Source of the DNA: Nitrospirota bacterium
GTDB taxonomy: Bacteria > Nitrospirota > UBA9217
NCBI GenBank assembly: GCA_963840455.1
Contig: CAWIYV010000009.1
Location: 352,001-416,000 of the forward strand
DNA length: 64,000 bases
Direction: 5' to 3'
Shown here: positions 40,167-51,517 of the stretch, piece by piece
Layout: each line of letters opens with the position of its first letter
Position numbering within the stretch: the first letter of the stretch is position 1
Notes under the pieces: generated by a model
Database searches by the model: none
What the model saw: only the letters and a program-made list of their open reading frames with translations
What the model was told of the DNA's origin: nothing
Program-made: the position numbers and the translations under genes

Positions 40167-40736
40167 ATGGCGGTCAAAGACACCCTGCAGTACAAACTGA
40201 CGAAGGTGACGGGAAAGACCGTGATGGCCGGTATTGTTGGGATCGTCATGTTCTTTCTGGCGAAGGGCAGGACCCTCGAACCGGCCTGGTTCATCCCGGG
40301 CGCCGCCATTACTCTGTTCGGCGAATGGCTCCGTCTCTGGGCCGCCGGCCACCTCCGCAAGAACAAGCAGCTTACGACGACGGGTCCCTACTCGTACGTG
40401 AAGAACCCCCTCTACATCGGCACACTGCTCATCACCGTGGGTTACAGCGCCATGGCGATGAACTATTGGATCATGGTCGCCGGCTTTGTCTGGTTCTTCA
40501 TCTATTATGCGCCGTACAAGAAGAAACAGGAGAACGAGAAGCTCATCGGCAGCTTCGGCGATGCCTGGATCGAGTTCGACAAGGCTGTGCCCGACTACCT
40601 CCCGCGCCTGTCGCCCTACCCCGGCAGGGGGACGAACCGCTGGAGCTGGGAGGTCGTGAAGGAGAACTCGGAGCACGAAACCGCCGTCGCGGTCTTCATC
40701 GGATTCGCTGTCATGTTCTATCTGCTGGTCCGGTAG
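40167..40736 (+). CDS. Isoprenylcysteine carboxyl methyltransferase/PEMT family membrane protein
   Basis: LTTTGPYSYVKNPLYIG motif, TM helices. Confidence 0.85.
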   Translation: MAVKDTLQYKLTKVTGKTVMAGIVGIVMFFLAKGRTLEPAWFIPGAAITLFGEWLRLWAAGHLRKNKQLTTTGPYSYVKNPLYIGTLLITVGYSAMAMNYWIMVAGFVWFFIYYAPYKKKQENEKLIGSFGDAWIEFDKAVPDYLPRLSPYPGRGTNRWSWEVVKENSEHETAVAVFIGFAVMFYLLVR

Positions 40737-40878
40737 CATACCGGATTATATCTCCCCGCGAGGGGCCGCCCGGCCCCTCTGCTCCCTTCCCCGCCCGCAT
40801 TCAGGCCGATTTACCCCTTGACTTGACATACGCTGTTTGGGATACTCGCTTTACTCCGCCTCAACGGGATGGTATGCA

Positions 40879-43800
40879 ATGAACACGGCACAGGTCATCG
40901 GGTATCCCTTGCTCCTCATCTCCGTGCTCGAGCTGTTTCTCGGGTTCCTGCTCCTGAAGCAGAACCCCCGCAACAGTCTTGCCAGCAAGGCGACCGCGGC
41001 CTGCGCCTTTGCCGCCGCCCTGTGGTCCCTGAGCGCGTCCCTCATGTACATCCGGCTCTCTCTCGGCCTCGACTACCTGCTGTTTCAACGCGCCTGCTGG
41101 GTTGGATGGTTCACGGTCCCCACGGCACTTCAGACGGTGTTCTTCCTGCAGGACGAGCGGAGCCGCAAGGCCCGCCTCGCCGGCGTGGTCCTGTATCCCT
41201 TCTGGACCGCGGTGCTCGCTCTGTGCCTGTTCACCGATCTCATTGTGACACCGGGCTTTATTCCGCTTCCTTACTCCAACAGCCCTGGACCGCTCGAGAT
41301 GCCCATACGGCTGGCGGGCAGCATGATGGCCTTTTGGCTGATCTACGAGATCGCCAAACTGAGGCGGCAGGTGACCGGCTACCGGCGCGCCCAGCTCAGC
41401 TATTATCTCTACGGGACGGCCATCTTCGGGACCGGCGGAGCGGTCATCGCCGGACTCCTCCAGCTGTTCACCGGGAGGGGGATCGAGCCGTCCCTGAGCG
41501 CGTACTTCAGCCTGCCCTGGGTCCTGATGATCTTCTATGCGATTACGCGCCACCGCCTGTTCGATATCCGAATCATCATCTCGCGCACCCTGATCATCCT
41601 CATCCTGTCTTTCTGCATCTCGGCGTTCCAGTTCGTGCTGTTCAAGGTCCTGGAACCCCTCATCGGCCCGGTTGCCACCATTTTCATCTCGGTCCCGGTC
41701 ATCGGGGTCATCTTCTTCGGCACCCCGCTCAGCCGGACCGTGCAACAGTGGATCAATGATCTGGTGCTCAGGGGCCGCTACCAATACCAGAAGATGCTGA
41801 AGGAATCTGCAAACGCCATGGTAGCCATCCTGGAACGGGACGAGCTGCTCCGGTTTATCGTCGAGACCGTGCGAAGCGGACTGGGGGTCCGGGAGGTCTT
41901 CCTCTATCTGCTCGGGCCGGACGGCAGCTATTCTCTACGCCATAGCCGCAGGGCCAATGGGGAAATGCCGGACGGCTGCGTTCTGCCGGACAACGTGGTC
42001 ACCTGTCTCACCGAGACCAGCCAGCCCATCATCGGCGATGAGCTGGCGGTCGGACCGTCCGGCGTCGATACCGGCCTCCGGGAAACGATCCGGAGAATGG
42101 GGGCGGAGATCATTCTCCCGCTGATCTCCCAGGGCCGGCTGCTGGGCGCCCTGACGCTGAACGAGCGCAGCAACGGCGAACCCTTTCTCCAGGGCGACAT
42201 CGACGCGCTCCAGACCCTCGCCGGCCACGCGGCTGTGGCCATCGAGAACGCCCGGCTCTTTGAAGAGGCCGTTCAGGCCCGGGCATCGCTGAAGGAGAGT
42301 GAGGACATGTTTCGCACTCTGGCGGAAACTTCGAACGCCGCCATCCTCATTTTCCGGCCTGACGAGGTCATCTATACGAACGGTGCTCTTTCCCGGATGT
42401 CCGGCTATACCGTCGATGAATGGAAGGTAATGCATCCGCTCGCCCTCGTTCATGACGATTTCCGGGAAATGATGGTCCAGAGAGGCATGGCGCGGATGCG
42501 CGGCGAAAACGTCCCGTCGCAGTACGAATTCAAATTCATTCACCGGGACGGATCGGAGCGATGGGCGATCACCAGCTCCGCCACCCTTGCGCTGCGGGGA
42601 GGACCCGCACTTCTTGCGACGATGGTGGACATTACGGGCCTGAAGAAGGCAGAGGATGAGCAGGCACGACTGTACCGGGAGAATGAACGGCACTACCGGG
42701 AAAAGATCTCCGAGCAGGAACGGTTCGCTGCGGTGCTGAGCACGACGCGCGAGGGATTCTGGATCTGCGGGGTTGATGTGCGCTTCACCTTCGTCAACGA
42801 CGCCTATTGCAGGATGCTGGGCTACAGCCGCGATGAGCTCCTGGCCATGTCGATCAAAGATGTTGAGTTGAACGAAAGCACCGCGGACGTGGATGCCCGT
42901 ACCGCGAGGATCAAACGCGACGGGTACGACCTGTTCGAGACCAAGCACCGGCGAAAGGACGGGAGCCAGATCGACCTTGAGATCACCGTGAGCAGATTCA
43001 AGGACGAGGAGACGTTCTTCTCCTTCGGCCGCGACATCACGGACCGCAAAAAGGCCGAGGCGGAGCAGGCCCGGTTCGCTGCCGTGGTCAGCGCGACCAA
43101 CGAGGGGTTCTACATCTGCAACAACGACTCGGATTTCCTGTTCGTCAACGAGGCCTACTGCAAGATGCTGGGGTACAGTCGAGAGCAGCTGCTGGCCCTG
43201 TCGGTCAAGGAAATGGAGGTTGACGAAAACGCAGATATGGTAGACGACCACTCACGCAAGGTCATACTGGAGGGACATGACCTGTTCGAGACCCGGCACC
43301 GCCGGAAGGATGGCACGCTGCTCGATCTCGAGATTAACGTCAACCGGTTCAAGGGCGAGGACCTGTTCTTCTCTTTCTGCCGCGATATCACTGATCGGAA
43401 GAAGGCCGAGGAGGCGCTGCGGCGGAGCGAAGAGCGGTTCCGTCAGGTCTCGGAGACCGCTCAAGAGTGGATATGGGAAGTGGACCGCGACGGACTGTAT
43501 ACCTATTCCAGCCCGGTGGTCATGACCCTGCTCGGCTACCATCCCGACGAGATCGTCGGAAAACGCTCCTTCTTCGATTTCTTCGTTCCCGAGGAAAGGG
43601 AGCAGCTGAAACGGGACGCCTTCAAGGTCTTCGCGGAAAAGGAGGTGTTCCACGACTTCGTGAACCGCAACCTGCACCGGGATGGACGGGAGGTCGTTTT
43701 CTCGACAAGCGGGATCCCCATCATCGACGAAAAAGGCGACCTTCTGGGATACCGCGGTGTGGACTTCAATATCTCCGAGCGCATTCGTGCCGAACAGGAG

Positions 43801-44457
43801 CGGAGAGGGTTCTATGAAGAGAGCCTCAATCACTACCAGGAGCTCCTGGTAGAGCAGCAGCGCCACCAGGCGGAGAAGGAGAATATCCTGAAGGATCTCC
43901 ACGACGGCATCGGCGGGATCACGACGAACATCAAGCTGCTTGCGGAGCTGGCGCAGAAGCAGGACGGACTGTCCGTGGTCAAACGTTCGCTGTCCACGAT
44001 CGCGGACCTTTCCCAAGAAAGCCTGTCGGAAATCCGAAACTTCATTCAGAGCCTTGACGCCAAGGAGCTTACCTGGCAGGCGATCGCCGCCGAGTTCAGG
44101 AGCCTGGGGAACTCGATTGTTGTGCCGCACGGCGTCACGTTCTCTCTCGATGTCCGGTTCGGGGAGGAGACCGGCGGCCCGACCAGCTCCGTCAGTATGA
44201 ACCTCTTCCGGATCTACAAGGAGTCCCTGGCGAACATCATCAAGCATGCGAAGGCCACGGCGGTCGATGTCCGGTTCTCGGTCGAGGGAGGGCGGGTGTC
44301 CCTCGAGGTCCGGGACAACGGCGTCGGCCTCGACAGGAAACGCGCGAGCGGCAGGGGGCTCGTGAACATGAAAAATCGCGCTCTGGGGATGGGCGGCAAC
44401 CTGACGGTCACGACCGACAAGGGAACGTGGCTGCGCCTCGATTTCCCCATGCCCTGA
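40879..44457 (+). CDS. Multi-sensor histidine kinase (multi-TM, GAF, 4 PAS, HisKA_3/HATPase)
   Basis: AVAIENARL, repeated DIT PAC ends, DLHDGIG, NIIKHA, DNGVG, GRGLVNM. Confidence 0.9.
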   Translation: MNTAQVIGYPLLLISVLELFLGFLLLKQNPRNSLASKATAACAFAAALWSLSASLMYIRLSLGLDYLLFQRACWVGWFTVPTALQTVFFLQDERSRKARLAGVVLYPFWTAVLALCLFTDLIVTPGFIPLPYSNSPGPLEMPIRLAGSMMAFWLIYEIAKLRRQVTGYRRAQLSYYLYGTAIFGTGGAVIAGLLQLFTGRGIEPSLSAYFSLPWVLMIFYAITRHRLFDIRIIISRTLIILILSFCISAFQFVLFKVLEPLIGPVATIFISVPVIGVIFFGTPLSRTVQQWINDLVLRGRYQYQKMLKESANAMVAILERDELLRFIVETVRSGLGVREVFLYLLGPDGSYSLRHSRRANGEMPDGCVLPDNVVTCLTETSQPIIGDELAVGPSGVDTGLRETIRRMGAEIILPLISQGRLLGALTLNERSNGEPFLQGDIDALQTLAGHAAVAIENARLFEEAVQARASLKESEDMFRTLAETSNAAILIFRPDEVIYTNGALSRMSGYTVDEWKVMHPLALVHDDFREMMVQRGMARMRGENVPSQYEFKFIHRDGSERWAITSSATLALRGGPALLATMVDITGLKKAEDEQARLYRENERHYREKISEQERFAAVLSTTREGFWICGVDVRFTFVNDAYCRMLGYSRDELLAMSIKDVELNESTADVDARTARIKRDGYDLFETKHRRKDGSQIDLEITVSRFKDEETFFSFGRDITDRKKAEAEQARFAAVVSATNEGFYICNNDSDFLFVNEAYCKMLGYSREQLLALSVKEMEVDENADMVDDHSRKVILEGHDLFETRHRRKDGTLLDLEINVNRFKGEDLFFSFCRDITDRKKAEEALRRSEERFRQVSETAQEWIWEVDRDGLYTYSSPVVMTLLGYHPDEIVGKRSFFDFFVPEEREQLKRDAFKVFAEKEVFHDFVNRNLHRDGREVVFSTSGIPIIDEKGDLLGYRGVDFNISERIRAEQERRGFYEESLNHYQELLVEQQRHQAEKENILKDLHDGIGGITTNIKLLAELAQKQDGLSVVKRSLSTIADLSQESLSEIRNFIQSLDAKELTWQAIAAEFRSLGNSIVVPHGVTFSLDVRFGEETGGPTSSVSMNLFRIYKESLANIIKHAKATAVDVRFSVEGGRVSLEVRDNGVGLDRKRASGRGLVNMKNRALGMGGNLTVTTDKGTWLRLDFPMP

Positions 44458-44512
44458 AAATACCCTTCCGGAACGCTGGCATTGAACGGCCCGTTGTGCT
44501 AGAGTCAATCCT

Positions 44513-45136
44513 ATGAAAGTATCGATCGTCGAAGATGATGTCCTGCTTCGCCAGAACCTCAAACTGCTCCTGAGTGGGGAGAGGGGGATATCGGTGGTCA
44601 GCGTCTACGGTTCCGCGGAAGAGGCTCTGTCGGGGATCAAGCGAACGCGTCCCGAGATCCTGCTTGCCGACATTGGACTGCCGGGCATGTCCGGGATCGA
44701 GCTCATCCGGGAACTCAAGGAGCAGATGCCGGGCCTCGAGATCATGGCGCACACGGTGTTCGATGACCGGGAAACGGTCTTCTCGGCCATCAAGGCGGGC
44801 GCGTCAGGCTACCTCCTGAAGGGCAGCACGCCGCGGGAGCTCATTGATGCCCTTCACACGCTGGCGAAGGGCGGATCGCCCATGAGCCCGAAGATCGCCC
44901 GAAAGGTGATCCGTGAGTTCCAGGACGAGGGGATCGACGAGCAATACCTCCTGAGCCACCGGGAGACGGAGATCGTCAAGGAGATCGAGAACGGCCTGTC
45001 CTACAAGGACATTGCCGTGAAGCTGGCCATCAGCCCCCACACCGTCCACACCCATATCAAGAACATCTATGAGAAGCTTCATGCCAAGGACAGGCAGGGT
45101 GCATTGGTCGCCGCGAGGAAGAAAGGGATCATATAA
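44513..45136 (+). CDS. NarL/LuxR family response regulator
   Basis: VEDD, DIGLPG, GYLLK, TVHTHIKNIYEKL. Confidence 0.93.
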   Translation: MKVSIVEDDVLLRQNLKLLLSGERGISVVSVYGSAEEALSGIKRTRPEILLADIGLPGMSGIELIRELKEQMPGLEIMAHTVFDDRETVFSAIKAGASGYLLKGSTPRELIDALHTLAKGGSPMSPKIARKVIREFQDEGIDEQYLLSHRETEIVKEIENGLSYKDIAVKLAISPHTVHTHIKNIYEKLHAKDRQGALVAARKKGII

Positions 45137-45322
45137 AGCCAGGAATCAGGAGCCTGGAATGAGGAGTCAGGAACACCATCTCTCGACCAGAAAGTTATTG
45201 CCCCCATCCCGAATCCACATGATCTTGAACTTTGAAGCTTGTCCGTTGCACCCCTCGTATTTTCCCCATACCCTAAAAATACCCTGCCCGGGTGATTCCG
45301 TTTTTCCCAAGCATCCTCTATA

Positions 45323-46030
45323 GTGTCTCCAGGTCCGCTGCATCCGAAGCGTTCCTTTTTTCCGTACGATGACACGGGGAGGCCGGCGATCGATTCATCC
45401 TTGCAAGACGAGGTCCTGCCGGCGCTGGAACCCGGAGAGAGGCTGCTGTGGGCCGGTCGGCCGGATCCGCGCAGGACCGCGTGGGCGAAGATCAGGCAAG
45501 CACCGCTCGGAGCTGCGTTCGTTCTGCTGTCCTTCCTGGCGTATCTTTCCTTCCTGCCGGCCATCGGCCCCTATTTCGGCGCTGATTCCCTGCTATTCTC
45601 CTTACGCCCGATGGTCCTTGTCGCAGGTTCCCTCCTTGCCTTCTCCGGCATGCTCCCGCCCATGCTCGCATACCGGAGGGCACAGAGGTCTTTGTACGCG
45701 GCGACCGACAAACGGGTCCTAGCCCTGACCCGGGGGTGTTCGGTAAAGGCGGTCCGGTACGAAGACATGCAGGTACCGCTCATGGACCTGCAACCTGATG
45801 GAAGCGGCGACATCCATTTCAATGGGAAATGCAGAGGCGACGGGACCGAACTCCAACCGCAGTTCCCGCATTTTCTGGGGGTCGGAGAGGCCGAGAGCGT
45901 CTACCAACTGCTCCTTGGCCGGATGCCGGGTGCTGATGACGGCCGGATAGCGTACGGTGCGGTGCATGATTACCTGGAACTGCTGTTCCAGGGGAAGAGG
46001 ACCCTCGACGAAGACCCGCCTCGGGAATGA
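45323..46030 (+). CDS. Hypothetical membrane protein (bPH-like); start uncertain
   Basis: LEPGERLLWAGRP, 2 TM, YAATDKR, DGSGDIHF. Confidence 0.55.
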   Translation: MSPGPLHPKRSFFPYDDTGRPAIDSSLQDEVLPALEPGERLLWAGRPDPRRTAWAKIRQAPLGAAFVLLSFLAYLSFLPAIGPYFGADSLLFSLRPMVLVAGSLLAFSGMLPPMLAYRRAQRSLYAATDKRVLALTRGCSVKAVRYEDMQVPLMDLQPDGSGDIHFNGKCRGDGTELQPQFPHFLGVGEAESVYQLLLGRMPGADDGRIAYGAVHDYLELLFQGKRTLDEDPPRE

Positions 46031-46422
46031 AGAACGATTCCGCCCCCGACCTTCCTCTGTAGATGGTTCCCGTAAAACATCCCTTGCACCTCGACGCAGA
46101 ACACCGCAAGAAATATCCTTGACTCTTTCTGCTACGTTATGCATACTGAAATATCTTCAGCTATATTTAGCTGGAAGATAAAACAGGGCACTGGTATTCA
46201 GGGTTTTCTGTTCCCTGCGGTAGCCGACAACTTTTCATGCGCTGGTGTATTGCGGCTGGAAGGGTGCTCCTGGGCAGGATCGTGGCCCCCTTGTCACGGA
46301 TCCTCCCCCTGGGACGGCATGAGTGCTGGTCACCGCTTCCTGAAGGGGGGCGTGCGCCGCGACCGCCGCTGATGAACACGTCCCCCCTGCGAGGACCGCG
46401 CATTCTCGCGGAACGCATTCCC

Positions 46423-47907
46423 ATGAACGATAAAGAGCTTTATATCAAGAAAAGCAGGGAACACCTCTTCAAATTGTGGGTGGTGAGGTCCGCCACGTAC
46501 GGCGCGTTCCTGTTCCTCATGTTGAGCGGGCTTGATTATCTCGCCACGCCGGAGAACTTCAGGACCTTCTTCGTCTACCGGGTCTTCATCGCCCTCGTGC
46601 TCGTGACCATTGCGTTCGTGATCAAGGAGACCGATCCCTGGGGGATACGGTTCCACCAGGTCCTTGCGGCAGTCGCGATCGCCGCTTCTGCCGGGGCCAT
46701 CGAGCTCATGATCCTGCAGTTCGGCGGACATGAATCGCCGTACGCGGCAGGCCAGATCCTCCTGGGCGTTTGCGTGTTGGGATTCGTTCCGGCATGGATG
46801 TCCTTCCATGCTGTCAGCGCCCTGGTCATTTACGGCATCTATGCCGTGCCCATCCTGCTCTTCGACCGGCCGGAGCAGACCGCGATGTTCGTAAGTGCCA
46901 ACGGATTTCTGATTGGGGCGCTCATCTCATCGCTGGCCCTGCGGTTCATCAGCGAACGCTCCCTCGACACGGAACTTTCCCTCCAGTATGACCTGCTGCA
47001 GTCCGAACAGAAGTACCGGGATCTGTTCGAGAACGCCGTCGATCCCATCTTCGAGGTCGATGCGGACCTGAGGTATGTGGACGTGAACAAGAAGGCCACG
47101 GAGCTCACCGGCTTTACAAAGGAGGAACTCCTGCGCCGGACCATCTACGACATGGTCCCTCCCGATCAGGTGCCCCGGTCCGCAGCCGCGTTCGAGAGGC
47201 TGCGGCAGCGCGGCGCCTACGAGAAGTTCGAGGGTAAATTGCGCACGAAGGACGGCCGTTGGATTGACGTTGAGGTCAATTCCTCTGCGATCATCCGGGG
47301 AGGGAAGGTGGTTGGTTCGCAGGACTTCGTCCGGGAGATAACCGACCGGAACCAGCGCCAGAAGGCGCTGAAACGGTCCCATGAGGAACTGGTATAGAGT
47401 GTCAGAGCGCGCTCGACGGCGCGCACGGAAATGAACCGGGCGCTGGAGCGCGAGATCGCGGACCGCCGGTAGGCCGAGCAGAAGATCAGCGAGCAGCCCG
47501 AGCGGCAACGCTCGCTTACCGCCGTAGACGGAGCGATCATCTCGAGTCTCGAACTAAGCCTGACGCTGAATGCGTTCATCGAACAGTTGATGAACCAGCT
47601 CGGTGCCGACGCGGCCGCGGTCCTGCTCTATGACGCCGAACACCAGGAACTGACGTTCGCGGCGGAGCGGGGCTTCCGCTCGAACCGCATCAGGAAGGTC
47701 ACCGCTCCGGACAGAGCCTTGCCGGCACGGTCATCGCGCGTCGCAAGAACATCATCATTGCGGACCTCGAACGTACGGGCGGGCGTTATCCTACACCAGA
47801 GCGATATTCGTTCAAGGACGCATTTATTTAAGGATATCCGTATGCCGAGATTGATCACGCTCGAGAGCGGGTCGACTTTCGGGCTGACCGAGGCGGCGTG
47901 TACGTGA
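46423..47907 (+). pseudogene. Membrane PAS/GAF signalling protein, 3'-degenerate
   Basis: TM region + PAS, then stops and frameshifts after 47397 with GAF-like remnants. Confidence 0.6.
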
Positions 47908-47966
47908 TGAATAAGATATAGATGCAGGTCGCGGACATCTCTGAGCAGGGAGCGCGATAACGAACA

Positions 47967-48000
47967 AAAAAGCCTCCGTTCGTACTGAACGGGGGCTTTG
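47967..48000. terminator. Hairpin terminator (T-run on minus strand)
   Basis: AAAGCCTCCGTTC-loop-GAACGGGGGCTTT. Confidence 0.6.
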
Positions 48001-48029
48001 CTGTTTCGGACCGGAAGCGAGGCGGCCGA

Positions 48030-48200
48030 TTACCGGGCGTACGTCTGCGCGGTTGTTGTACCGTTGATAATGGGAAAGAACTTCTTGAACTCCGACCGTT
48101 TGCCCATGTCGGAGAACTGGGGGGGCGACGACAGCGCCTTCTGATCGCCCACGGTCTTGCCCTGGGTAAAGGCGCTGTTGAGCATGGAGCAGGCGGTGTG
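48030..48200 (-). pseudogene. C-terminal remnant of a paralogue of 48238-48951
   Basis: SMLNSAFTQ..KALSSPPQF..RSEFKKFFPIING aligns by eye with AMLDSALTQ..KSLSADPRF..RPEFRKYEPMIKG. Confidence 0.6.
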
Positions 48201-48237
48201 AGCTGCGAGCCGCAAATGTTTTTGGCTCCGAGATCCG

Positions 48238-48951
48238 TCAGTTCGTGGCCTTGGCCGAGGCACCCTTGATCATGGGTTCATATTTTCTGAATTCCGGCCT
48301 CAGGGAGAGACCCGCGAAGCGCGGATCAGCGCTTAAGGACTTCAGTTCATTGGCGAACTGATCCTGGGTCAATGCGCTGTCGAGCATGGCACTGGCATAG
48401 GCAAAGTCGCCAAGCAGATAATTGACCTGGAAGAGCATCCAGTCGAGGTTCGCGGAATGACCCCGGGCGACAGACCTCGCCTGACGCAGGAATTCATTGG
48501 CAGCAACGTAATTCTCCTTATCCATTTCAGCCTGGCCGAGCAGGACATAGGGAACCGAATCCTTGGGCTGTGTAGCGATATACTGTTTCAGGAACCCGAG
48601 GGCCTTTTCTTCGTCCTGGCCCGCATGGATGAAGTAGAGCCCCATATACGCCGAGTTGGCGCCGTATTCCAGCGCCTTGAGGCAAAATTGCTCCTCCTGC
48701 GCCGGGGTGTTGTTCTCCCGTCCGGCGATCATGAGGTAAGCCTGTCCGATGTAGGACCTTGCAGCCGGGGAATAGGTCTTTGTTGCGTCGACCTTCCCGA
48801 TGATCTTGTCAAATTGCTCGGCTGCGGCTAACGTCGAGAACTCTTTGCACGCGGCGTCTTTCGCGGAACACGGGCTCTCCGTGGCCATGGCAACGGACTG
48901 TCCTGAAATGATAATACCGACCGCCATAATGATACCGACGAAATGCTTCAT
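48238..48951 (-). CDS. Exported TPR-like protein
   Basis: Signal peptide, helical repeats (PKDSVPYVLLGQA); AGGAGG RBS. Confidence 0.7.
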   Translation of the reverse strand: MKHFVGIIMAVGIIISGQSVAMATESPCSAKDAACKEFSTLAAAEQFDKIIGKVDATKTYSPAARSYIGQAYLMIAGRENNTPAQEEQFCLKALEYGANSAYMGLYFIHAGQDEEKALGFLKQYIATQPKDSVPYVLLGQAEMDKENYVAANEFLRQARSVARGHSANLDWMLFQVNYLLGDFAYASAMLDSALTQDQFANELKSLSADPRFAGLSLRPEFRKYEPMIKGASAKATN

Positions 48952-49247
48952 GGACCGCCTCCTGGAATGAAATATTTCTTACAGCAAGTCATTGCATGAA
49001 GGTATTATTACATGCGAGGGGGGATGTCTATCTGCGATCAGCATCATAAATTGGATAGAACATACTCTAACTTCTGATTCCTGTCAACAATAATATTTGT
49101 TATAAGCAAATAAAATATGTTTATTGGTGGCCGGCGTATGTGGACAGGCATGCTGGTCTAAGGGCCGAAGAAGATGCCGCTTCACGAACGCTCCATGATA
49201 ATACGATAGAAGAGCATCTCGATTATCCTTCGGAGTCAACCGATCAA

Positions 49248-49297
49248 TGAATCCAGGAGCAAGTGCATCCCCCGCAGCCCGCTGCAGCGAACGTCAA
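49248..49297 (-). repeat. Miniature palindromic element, copy D (degenerate)
   Basis: Reverse complement TTGAC..CTGCAGCGGGCTGCGGGG..GCTCCTGGATTCA. Confidence 0.65.
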
Positions 49298-49378
49298 CAA
49301 TACGTTTGCATGGAAAGGCAAGATCACGATATTCCGCATTGATTGACACGTCTCGGAGCAATGGAGTAATATCTAGGC

Positions 49379-51385
49379 ATGCCGAAATTCCAGATCAGGT
49401 CAGACTTCAAGCCCACCGGAGATCAACCCCAGGCTATCGAGAGGCTTTCCGACGGCATCATCAAAGGCCTGAAGCACCAGGTCCTGCTCGGCGTGACCGG
49501 GTCGGGCAAGACCTTCACCATGGCGAACGTGATCGAGCGGGTCCAGCGGCCCACGCTGGTGATCGCGCACAACAAGACACTGGCGGCGCAGCTCTACAAC
49601 GAGTTCAAGGAGCTCTTCCCCGATAACGCGGTGGAGTACTTCGTTTCCTATTACGACTATTACCAGCCCGAGGCCTACCTCCCGACAACGGATACGTACA
49701 TCGAGAAGGACTCGGCCATCAACGAGCAGATCGACCGCATGCGCCACGCCGCGACCAACTCGCTGTTCGAGCGGAACGATGTGGTCGTGGTGGCTTCGGT
49801 CTCGTGCATCTACGGCCTCGGTTCGCCCGAGGCGTACCACGGCATGCTGCTGTTCCTCGAGAAGGGCCAGCATATCGAACGGAACGACATGCTCCGGAAG
49901 CTCGTGGATATCCAGTACTCGCGCAACGACTTCGATTTCCACCGCGGCACCTTCCGGGTGCGGGGCGACGTGTGCGAGATCTTTCCGGCATCCCACGAGA
50001 ACACGGCCATCCGCATCGAGCTGTTCGGCGACGAGATCGACAACATCGTGGAGTTCGATCCGCTGCTCGGCACGCCGCTCAAGAAGCTCGAAAAGATCGC
50101 CATCTATCCGAACAGCCACTACGTGATCCCCGAGTCGCGCATGAAGGCGGCCATCGACGGCATCCACGACGAGCTTCGGGAGCGCATCCAGTATTTTCGC
50201 AAGGCGAACAAGCTCATCGAGGCGCAGCGCATCGAACAGCGCACCCTGTTCGACCTCGAGATGATCCAGGAGATGGGTTTCTGCCACGGCATCGAGAACT
50301 ATTCGCGCCATCTCTCGGGCAGGGTCCCCGGCGAGCCGCCGCCCACGCTGCTCGACTATTTCCCGAAGGACTACCTCCTGGTCGTCGATGAGTCGCACGC
50401 GACCATCCCGCAGATCGGCGGAATGTTCAACGGCGACAAAGCGCGGAAGACCACGCTCGTGGAGTACGGCTTCCGCCTCCCTTCGGCGCTGGACAACCGG
50501 CCGCTCAACTTCGACGAGTTCAACGCCCGGGTGAGCCAGACCGTATACGTGTCGGCAACGCCGGCGGATTACGAGACAGAGAAGGCGGGCAACAGGATCA
50601 TCGAGCAGGTCATCCGTCCCACGGGACTCACTGACCCGACGATCAGTATCAGGCCGGTCAAGGGACAGGTGGACGATCTGCTGGACGAGGTGCGGAAGCG
50701 GGCGGAACAGAAGGAGCGGGTGCTGGTCACGACGCTCACGAAGCGCATGGCAGAGGACCTGACGGAGCATTATAAGGAACTGAACGTCAAGGTGGCGTAC
50801 CTGCATTCCGATATCGATACCCTGGAGCGGGTGGACATCATTCGTGACCTGCGTATGGGAAAGTACGACGTGCTGATCGGCATCAATCTCCTGCGCGAGG
50901 GGCTCGACATCCCCGAGGTCTCGCTCGTGGCGATCCTTGACGCGGACAAGGAAGGATTCCTGCGGTCCGCGCGGTCGCTCATCCAGACCATGGGCAGGGC
51001 AGCGCGGCATGTGAACGGCGAGGTGGTCCTCTATGCCGACATCATCACCGATTCCATGCGGAAGGCCATCAATGAAACGAACCGGCGCCGTACTGTCCAG
51101 GTGGAGTATAACCGGGATCACAACATCACGCCGCAGTCCATCAAGAAGAACATCCAGGCCGCGCTCCGGACCGTGTACGAACAGGATTACTTCACCGTGC
51201 CGATCGCAGCCGAAGAAGCAGGCGAGTATGTGCCGACGGTGAACATCCCAGCGCTCATTGCTTCGCTCGATAAACAGATGCGCGCAGCGGCAAAGCAGCT
51301 GGACTTCGAGACAGCGGCGGAACTGCGCGACAAGATCCGGTCCCTCCGGCAGCAGGAGATGGCCGTCGGGGTGAAGGTGGAGTAG
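49379..51385 (+). CDS. uvrB: Excinuclease ABC subunit B
   Basis: [32 protein letters not shown]-terminal UVR domain. Confidence 0.97.
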   Translation: MPKFQIRSDFKPTGDQPQAIERLSDGIIKGLKHQVLLGVTGSGKTFTMANVIERVQRPTLVIAHNKTLAAQLYNEFKELFPDNAVEYFVSYYDYYQPEAYLPTTDTYIEKDSAINEQIDRMRHAATNSLFERNDVVVVASVSCIYGLGSPEAYHGMLLFLEKGQHIERNDMLRKLVDIQYSRNDFDFHRGTFRVRGDVCEIFPASHENTAIRIELFGDEIDNIVEFDPLLGTPLKKLEKIAIYPNSHYVIPESRMKAAIDGIHDELRERIQYFRKANKLIEAQRIEQRTLFDLEMIQEMGFCHGIENYSRHLSGRVPGEPPPTLLDYFPKDYLLVVDESHATIPQIGGMFNGDKARKTTLVEYGFRLPSALDNRPLNFDEFNARVSQTVYVSATPADYETEKAGNRIIEQVIRPTGLTDPTISIRPVKGQVDDLLDEVRKRAEQKERVLVTTLTKRMAEDLTEHYKELNVKVAYLHSDIDTLERVDIIRDLRMGKYDVLIGINLLREGLDIPEVSLVAILDADKEGFLRSARSLIQTMGRAARHVNGEVVLYADIITDSMRKAINETNRRRTVQVEYNRDHNITPQSIKKNIQAALRTVYEQDYFTVPIAAEEAGEYVPTVNIPALIASLDKQMRAAAKQLDFETAAELRDKIRSLRQQEMAVGVKVE

Positions 51386-51517
51386 AATGGCAGGCCAAAA
51401 GGGGCAAGCGTCCGGAGCCCGGAGTCCAGAAAACAGGGGGCTCGTTGCATGTCTCCGTGTTCATCCGCCTGTCCTCCGATGTTGTAACCGGGGACGTGTA
51501 TCCGTGGCTAATAAATA

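Noticed and set aside
49400-51121. Long antisense ORFs (573 aa opposite uvrB; similar ones opposite glmM, ftsH, dsrB, dsrN, the kinase, the NCS2 permease)
   Set aside because: Expected shadow frames of GC-rich codon usage; no recognisable motifs or RBS.
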